Below, piece by piece: positions 22,277-31,200 of a stretch of DNA of 64,000 bases. The stretch lies in NCBI GenBank assembly GCA_003152105.1, contig PLZJ01000002.1:6188-70187 (forward strand), given 5' to 3'. Made by a program: the position numbers and the translations under genes. The notes beneath the pieces are model-generated. The model did no database searches. It was not told the origin of the DNA and saw only the letters and a program-made list of their open reading frames with translations. Each line of letters begins with the position of its first letter. Within the stretch, counting starts at the first letter, position 1. Source of the stretch: Candidatus Levyibacteriota bacterium. GTDB taxonomy: Bacteria > Patescibacteriota > Microgenomatia > Levybacterales > UBA12049.

Positions 22277-25200
22277 ATGGAATTTATTAAGTCATTTATT
22301 GATTTCTTAATTGAGCATAAAAGCTCAAAAGCAACGGTGAAAAATTACCGAGCTGACATAAGCCAGTTCGTTAAGTGGTATGAGGCTACTTATAAAACTA
22401 CTTTTTCACCTAATGATGTAACGAATCAAATAATTGCATCCTATAAAACAGTTAGATTATCGTCCGATAGTAATAATACCCTTTCTCAAAAAACAATTGA
22501 ACGTCACCTATCTTCTCTTAGAAAATTCTTTTCCTATCTACTTTCAGAAAACATAACAACCTCAAACCCATTTGCTGCAAGTGAAGAAAAGCAGATTGAA
22601 AAAGATATTTGGCACATTCAGGCTTTCAAGAACTTCCTTTATGTAAACAATTCTTCTAACTTAACTATAAAAAACTATATCATAGATGTGCGACAGTTTC
22701 TAAAATGGGTCGAGGAAGTAGTGCAAGCTCAAGAAGCATGGATAGTTACGGATCAGAATATTTTTACATATATCAATAAAAATCTAATTGAAGAATATCG
22801 ATCTAGATTAATCGAAAGCTCGGGATTCTCCCCAACTTCCGTAAATCGAAAATTATCTTCTCTTAGAAAGTACATATCATGGGCAGTAGACAATGGAATT
22901 GTAGCTAACATAGAAGAAGATCCGATATCTAACAATTTAGTTAAAGATGATGTTTTAAAAAATATATCAGAAAATATCAATGATAATAAATATATAACAA
23001 ATAAGCACTTCGATGAAGTTATTGCTAACCAAACCAGTGCCTATTCCAGTATTCCACCTATTCGTTTAATTCAAAGAGCTTTTAAATTATTAGATTTAGC
23101 TTTTGTCTTTTTTCTAATAATTCCTACCGCTAAAGCTTTTAAGCTCAGCAAATATAATTTTTGGAAATTCAAAGGCAAGGAAGTTTTTACTTCTCAGACA
23201 CCAATTAGTCCTAAATTAGACTCAATAAACAAGCTAAATCGAATTCAAAATAATGTTAGCAATCGACTCCTCAATTTGCGAAAGCAAAATCCTAATATTA
23301 AAAAGATATTTTATGCTCCTCTTTCTGTCTCGACAAAATACATGCCTTTTCATAAAAAGTTATTGTTTCATCTTCGATATACAAGACCAAAATGGTACAA
23401 AAAGTATCACTCTTATTCAATTACTCATTATTTCCATTTTGCAATCTTAATTATATTTGCAAGTACTGTGGCATTTATTACTTACCAGCACTTTTTTCAA
23501 TCCAAGGGCAATCAAGCAGAAGCAGTTGCTCAAACAACGATTCCACGAATTTTATCTTTCCAAGGAATCTTAACTGATGCAAACGGAAATCCTATTGCAA
23601 CTACAAAACAAATTAGATTTGAGTTATATAACGATCCAAGCGCAACTGGATCTGGAAAAGAGTTGTGGGAAGAAGTCAGAACGGTTACACCAGATCAAAA
23701 CGGTATTTTTGCTGTCAATCTTGGTATTAATGGGGTATCAACTGGTAATTGTGCTTCATTCCCTCCTCCAGGACCTGCAACAGGAGCTTGTACGATTCCA
23801 GTTAGCGTATTTACGCAGAATTCAAATGTATACTTAGGTGTTACTATTGGATCTGATATAGAACTTACTCCTAGACAACAAATTGCTGCTGTTGGATTTG
23901 CAGCAAATTCTGAATCTCTGCAAGGATTGATTCCAACAACTGATACGGGTAGCATCAGCTCACTCAGTCTTGGAAACTACTACGAAGTACTAGCAACCGA
24001 TGGTAATGGAAACGTAACGCTTGGTGGAAGCACATTAACAACCATCCAAGAAACTGGAGGTGGACTTCGATTAATAGGAAATCCTTTAATCCTTACGACT
24101 GCTAATGGTGGCAATTTACAATTATCTACTGACACGAAAGGGTTAATTGATGTTCAAAAACCTCTTACCAATACGACAACAAATGGTAATGCCAGAATAA
24201 ATGGAACCGGGAACGTAACTGACACAGGAGCCGTTGAGGTAGATGGTTTATTTGCAACTTTAGCAACTTCATCAGGTCAATCAGCAGTAACAATCGATCA
24301 ACAAAGCACTGGACCAGTTCTTAGTGCCTCTGTTAGTGGACAAGCAGTATTTACAATTGATAATTCAGGTAATCTAACAAACAGTGGAAATATTACTACA
24401 TCGGGATCAGGAGCAGGATTAACTTTTAGTGGAGGCTCAACTCATAATATATCGGCTTCAGGTGGCACTCTTCAGCTTGGAGCGATTACCTTAAACGGCG
24501 CAATAGCTGGCGGAGGGCAAAACATAACCGGACTGGGGACTATAAACGGACTTGGCATAACTGCAAATACTGGAGTAATAACAACTGGAACTTGGAATGC
24601 AAATCCAATAAGTACACAATACGGAGGAACTGGACAGAACTGGTCATCTGCAGCGCAAGGATCAATTCCCTATTTTTCAAGTACAGGTGGAATGGGACTT
24701 ATTGGTGTAGGAAGCTCAGCACAATGTCTTATTGGAGGAACTACCCCAACTTGGTCTTCATGTTCTTCAGCAAGTAGTAATTATTGGCAATTAGATGCCA
24801 CGGGTAAAGTACTTTCACAAATAAATAGTTATGATTTAACTGTTGGAAGTTCACCAGCAACAGGTTCCTCAACGTCTTCTGCTGCATTCCAGGTTTTTGC
24901 ACTATCAAAAGGTAACACACCAGCAGGAACCATATCATCTGCTGGCAATCTACAAGTAGCTGGAATTGCTTCTTCTTCAGCACTTGCTGTTGGATACGGT
25001 ATAAATCAAGTAACGGCAAATAACCTCGTAGTTTCAGGAAATGTTGGGATTGGAACAAATACACCTGCAGCACTACTTGATATTGAAGGAACAACTGGAG
25101 CACCAAATGCTAACCAAGTTTTAAAAATAATAGGTGGAACAGGTGTTGGAGGAGGCTCAGGATTAGCTGGAGGTACTGGCGCCATTGCTTCTATATCTGC

Positions 25201-28200
25201 TGGCAATGGTGGAGCTGGAGGAAGTAATGCATCGGGAAATGGAGGATTCGGAGGAAATGGTGGAGGTCAACTAATTTTGGCAGGTAGTGGTGGCACAGGT
25301 GGAAATAGTACTCTTGCAAATCAATCAGGTGGATTTGGAGGACAAGGCGGAACTTTGGGTTTTGTAACTGGAAATGGAGGAAATGGTGGAAGTGATACTG
25401 CAGGATCAGGTGCTGCAACAAGTAATGGTGGAAATGGTGGAAATGGTGGGGATTTTAATCTTATTTTAGGCACTGGTGGACAAGGAGGAAGTTCGCATGG
25501 ATCTTCAAGTACGATCGGCCTTGGAGGAAATGGAGGATCTGTCTATCTACAAGCTGGAACTGGTGGAACTGCTGGCGCAGCAGGTAATGGCATAAATAAT
25601 GATGGACTTGGCGGAAATATAACAATTGCAGGTGGAACTGGAGGTTCTAGCACTCTTGGTACATTTGGTAATGGAGGAAAAGTGTATATTTATGGTGGCC
25701 TAGCAGGATCTGGAAGTGTTGGAAACGTTGTACTTGCTCAAACATCAGCAGGTGTAAATCAAGGTAATGTGGGAATTGGACAAGCAAATCCTACTTCTAT
25801 ACTCGACATTGGAACAGTAAATCCAACTATCCAAGCAGATAGTTCAAATACTAATTTAGCTTTATCAACAAATGGAACCGGTAGCCTATTTATTGATACA
25901 ACTGCTGCAGGAAATATTAAGATAGCGAGTAATGCTGCTCTACTTTCTTTGGGTAATTCTACTCACCTAACTACACTTCTTGGAAATAACATATATAATC
26001 CAAACATTACCGGAGCAGGAAATACAGGAGGAGTTTTCTATGATGCAAACAATCAAGGTTCACTTGCGGTTACTGCTGCTGGTTCTAATGGAAACTGTTT
26101 GTTATCTGGTGGAGCAGGTGCGCCAACATGGGGCAGTTGTGGATCAGCTGGCGGTAGTTATTGGCAACTAAATTCCAATGTAGTTTCTCCAGTTCAGAAT
26201 TATTTTGATCTATCTGTTGGCGGAACTGCAACTGCATCTGCTCCATTTCAAGTATTTGCAAGTAGAAATCCTTTAACCTTTACCCCAGCTGGGACAATAT
26301 CAACACTTGGAAACATACAGGTTGCAGGAGTTGCATCTTCATCTGCTTTAGCAGTTGGATATGGGCAAAACCAAGTTCAATCAGGTAGTGGAAATGCAGT
26401 GTTTTCTGGAAACGTAGGCGTAGGAACAAACACTACATCTAATGCACAACTTACAGATCAACTTTCATCATATACCCTCTTAAATAGTTTACAAGTTTAT
26501 TACAAATTTGATGAAAATAGTGGAACTATCGCCAATGATGCAACTGGCAATGGTAATACAGCTACATTAAATGGGGCAAATATTTGGACTTCAAGCGGGA
26601 AGATTAATTCAGGCTTACAACTAGATGGTTCAACAAATTATGTTAGCACCAACTATGTAGGTCCGCTTGGAAGTAATGCAAGAAGCGTAAATATATGGTT
26701 TAAGGGCTGGACAACTACTGAAAGAACTATATGGAATTACGGAGGCGCTGGAACTGCTGGAGCTTTAGATTTTGAAGAAGGGATTGGTGGAAATGGAAAT
26801 AGTATTGGATTTCGAACTGGTGGTGGAGCATATGGATATTGGACTACTAGTCTTACAAATGATGGACTATGGCATATGCTTACAGTTACTTATGCTGCTG
26901 GTGGATTAGAAAATACTATTAAACTTTATCTAGATGGCGTACAACAAAATAGTCTTACTGATAATTTTGGTGGAAATACCGTTAATACTACCTCAGGAGT
27001 ACTCACAATGGGTGATATTACTGGTACTGGAATATCCGGACTTGATGAATTTGCAGTTTGGGGAAGATCGCTTACATCTGCTGAAGTTACTCAACTTTAT
27101 AATAGCGGTTCAGGAAAACAATATTCCTTTACATCATTATTACAATTATTAAGTAATTCAGGTTCTGTCTTATCTTCTTTTAATGGCGCTGGTTCTTTAG
27201 GAATTGGAACTATCGCACAAAATGCACTTGATGTTTTTGGATCTGCGGCATTTGGTTCTTATGCTGGAAATCAATATGCACCAACCAATGGTCTTATTAT
27301 TTCTGGAAATGTGGGAATAGGAACAAGTAGTCCATCAGGGCAACTTCAAGTTTTTGGATCAAGTAATAATCCGACTGCTTCAATTTCTGCTAATTCTGCG
27401 TATACTGGCCTACTTGTAGATAATTCAGGCGGGACAAGTGCTCAAGGATCAATTTTTACTGCTTCAACTTCAGGCATAACTAAATTTACCGTTAACAATA
27501 ATGGACTTATTTTAGTCGGTACAAATTCAACTACTAATCCAGGAACCTTATCAGTATATGGAACCATACAAAGCAATGGCATTGCTAACGGTGGGACAGA
27601 TTTTCTCGCACTTGGCTTACCTTCTACTCCTACTGGACTACCACAGTATTTAGGTAATTGGCAAAGCACTCAGGCATGGGCTCTTGGGCCAATAAGTAAT
27701 TCTTCGACAGATAAAACCGTATATTTAGGAATAGCTTCTAATACTACAGGCACTTGGAATGGTGCAAGCTATGCAAACTTAAGTGTTGGTGGCAATGTAG
27801 CTGTTGGCTATCATTATCCCTCCTTTACTGGTATTGCATCACTTATCGTAAATCAACAAACCGGAGGTGCAGATCTAATTACTGCATCAGCTTCAGGTAC
27901 AACTAAATTTAATGTTGATAATAATGGAGATATAACAATAGCTGCAGGTTCATATATAGATACAAATGCTGGGGGCACTCTCTCTATAGGTACAAATAAT
28001 GCTACAACCCTTAATCTTGCAACAAATACCAATGTCACTGCCCTTTCAATTGGAAATGGCTCATCAGTTGATAAAATCTTTGGTTCAGGAATAACAACAA
28101 ATCAAAATAGCGTTCTTTACCTTGGTGCTGCTAATCAGCTTGGAGCCGCAACAACTGGTTCTTCAAATCTCTGCCTTGTTTCGGGAGCGAATACGCCAAC

Positions 28201-31200
28201 TTGGACAGCTTGTTCTGGGGTATCTTCAAACTATTGGATACAAACAAATGGAATTGGTGTAGCAAATGGTGGCTATACCGCTCTTGGAAATACCACAACT
28301 GATCTATTGATTGGTGGGACTTCAACTGCTTCTGCTGAATTTGCAGTACTAAACGTAGCGCCAGGTCTTACGCCAGTTGCTTCTGTTTCTGCAGGATCAT
28401 CTGGAACTGGAACCACAGAAAATTCAGGTATTTCACTATCTGCTAATGGAACTATACAAACTGTAGGAAGAACAACACTTACCGTTGGAGGCAATACAAC
28501 AGGAGATATATTTTTCAATCCTGGCGGTGTCGGACTTGGAAATTCTCTTTCCATAGATGTTGGTGGAAATGTAGGAATTGGTATGAATAATGGAAACGTT
28601 CCGAATGCACCCTTACAGATAAGGACTGCAATTCCTGATGTCAGCAATGGAACTGACATAAATATCACTGGAACCATGAGTTCTTTAACTAATGGTCAAT
28701 ATGGAGCAAGAATCACACCCCAACTTGGCATAAGCTCTAATCCTGCTAGTAATTTGTTTGAGTATGGGGCCGAAAACTCTCCTTCATTTAATATGGCAAA
28801 TACAGGAGTTACTTTTTCTAAAGTATTTTTAGTAGGCTCTGATGCTAATAATTTTCTTTCTGGAAATGGCATTCTTGGAACTTCAATCGGTTTTCAAACC
28901 GAAACAACACTAAATAATGATACAACTCGTGTTACTAATGCAATTGGATTAAATGTAGAAGGAATAGTAAAAAATTGTTTAACTTGTGTAGTTGGTAATA
29001 GTACGGGCATTGATATATTTGATCAAAGTGGTCTTGCCACAAATACAGCCAATCTTGTTATTAATACTAGTGGTACAGTACCAACTGGAAATTACAGTAT
29101 ATATAATGCAAGTTCACTACAAAACTATTTTGCAGGCAATCTTGGTCTAGGCACAGTTAGTCCAACTGCACAACTTCAAGTTGTTGGCACTAACTCTCCT
29201 ACTGCTTCTATTTCAGCAAATTCTGCGTTTACTGGTCTTGTCGTAGATAACAAAGGTGGAACAGCAAATCTAGGCGATATATTTACAGCATCTGCCTCAG
29301 GACTAGCTCGTTTCACGATTGCAAATAATGGAAATCTAACGTTAAATGGATCAACATATACAACAAACAACAATAGTGTTCTTTACACCAATGGGTCAGG
29401 AAATCTTCTTGCTGCAACAACAGGTTCTTCCAACCTCTGTCTTGTGTCTGGAGTATCTGCACCAACATGGACAGCTTGTTCAGGAGTTTCAAGCAACTAC
29501 TGGATACAAACAAATGGTATTGGGGTTGCTGGAGGAGGTTATACCGCTCTTGGAAATACCACAACAGATTTACTCATAGGTGGAACCTCCACTGCATCAG
29601 CTAAATTTGCAGTCTTAAACGTTGCACCAGGAGGAACTCCTGTTGCTTCTGTTTCAGCAGGAACATCTAGCTCAGGGACAACTGAAAACTCAGGTATTGC
29701 CCTTTCTGCAAATGGATCCATTCAGTCTGTTGGAAAAACAACACTTACTATTGGGGGAAATACCACCGGAGATATATCGCTTAATCCTGGAAATAATGGT
29801 GCAGGCACGCTCTATCTTGCGAGTACTGGTAATATAGGCATAGGAACTACAGCTCCTACGGCTCAACTTCAAGTTGGAGGAGGATTAAGTTCTCCAGGTA
29901 ATATCACAGTATCTTCTATTTCTGCAAATACTAATCAGGCTGGTTTAATAGTTGATAATGGCGGTGGATTAAATAATGCAGGAGCGATCTTTACTGCTTC
30001 TGCAGCTGGTATGTCGCGTTTTACTATTGCAAACTCTGGCAATCTAACGCTTAATGCATCAACTTATACCGCCAATAATATTAATGTTTTATATTCCAAC
30101 TCCTCTGGTAATGTTCTTGCAGCTTCAACTTCAACCGGAAATCTTTGTCTTACATCAAATAGTGGAGGTACTGCGGCTGCATGGGGCAATTGTTCTTCAG
30201 CTTCTAGTAACTACTGGCAGCTAAGCGGCAATGTTCTTTCCCCAGGACTTTTATCTGATGATTTAGTTATTGGAGGAAGCTCAACTTCTTCTGCGGCATT
30301 TCAGGTGTTTTCAGGTAAAAAAACATATGGAGCCATAACAGAACCAGCTGGAACTGCGTCTTCCTCTGGAGACTTATCTTTTGGAGCAGCAAATGGAACA
30401 ACGCAAAATTTAAATATATTAAATGGTAACTCATTTCAAATCAGAACTTCACCAGGTGGACCAGAAGGATTACTCGCTACTCCTGCACTGTATGTTAAAA
30501 ATAATGGCAACGTTGGCATTGGCACAGTAGCTCCAGCTTCAAAACTTGAGGTAAATGGTGACATTTCTTCAAAAAATACTTCTGTACAAGGATATGTATA
30601 TGCATACGATACTTCAGGATCACATTATGTGAGAATGTATAACGACGGTACAAACGGATACGTATCGCTTAGCGATGGAGCGACATTAGGGATTTCTTCA
30701 AATACATATGTCTTTACGCAAACACAACAATATTTTAGAGCTCAAGGAAACACCTTTACAAATTATGTTGGCTTACAAGATACAGATGCAACTGGAGGAA
30801 AACTTACAACTTCATTTGCAAATTTAAATATTAATACTGATATGACAACAGTGGTTAATACTACCGGAACAAATGTATCAGATATATTTGCTGCTTCAAG
30901 TTCTGCAACTACAAGATTTGTGATTAACTCAAATGGAAATGTTGGGATTGGCACTTCTCAACCAGGAGCACAGCTACAGATTGTAGGCACCAATGCGCCG
31001 ACGGCTTCCATTTCAGCAAACTCCGCCTATGCTGGGCTGGTTATTGATAATAAAGGAGGAACAAACAATGGCGGCGACTTGTTTACTGCGTCTTCTGCAG
31101 GACAAACTCGATTCAGAATTGCAAATACTGGTGCTGCCTTATTTCAGGGAGATACTTTAACTTCAATTGGTAATGGTGCTCAATATAATGGAAGTAATGC

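Noticed and set aside
22081-22290. 69-aa ORF just upstream of the giant gene
   Set aside because: Lies in an AT-rich promoter region. Low-complexity. Out of frame with the giant and overlaps its start. Likely non-coding.
22277-22930. Possible integrase/prophage remnant
   Set aside because: Only the N-terminal core-binding-type domains are present. They are in-frame with the giant gene. No catalytic tyrosine-recombinase domain, att-like repeats, or phage structural genes nearby.
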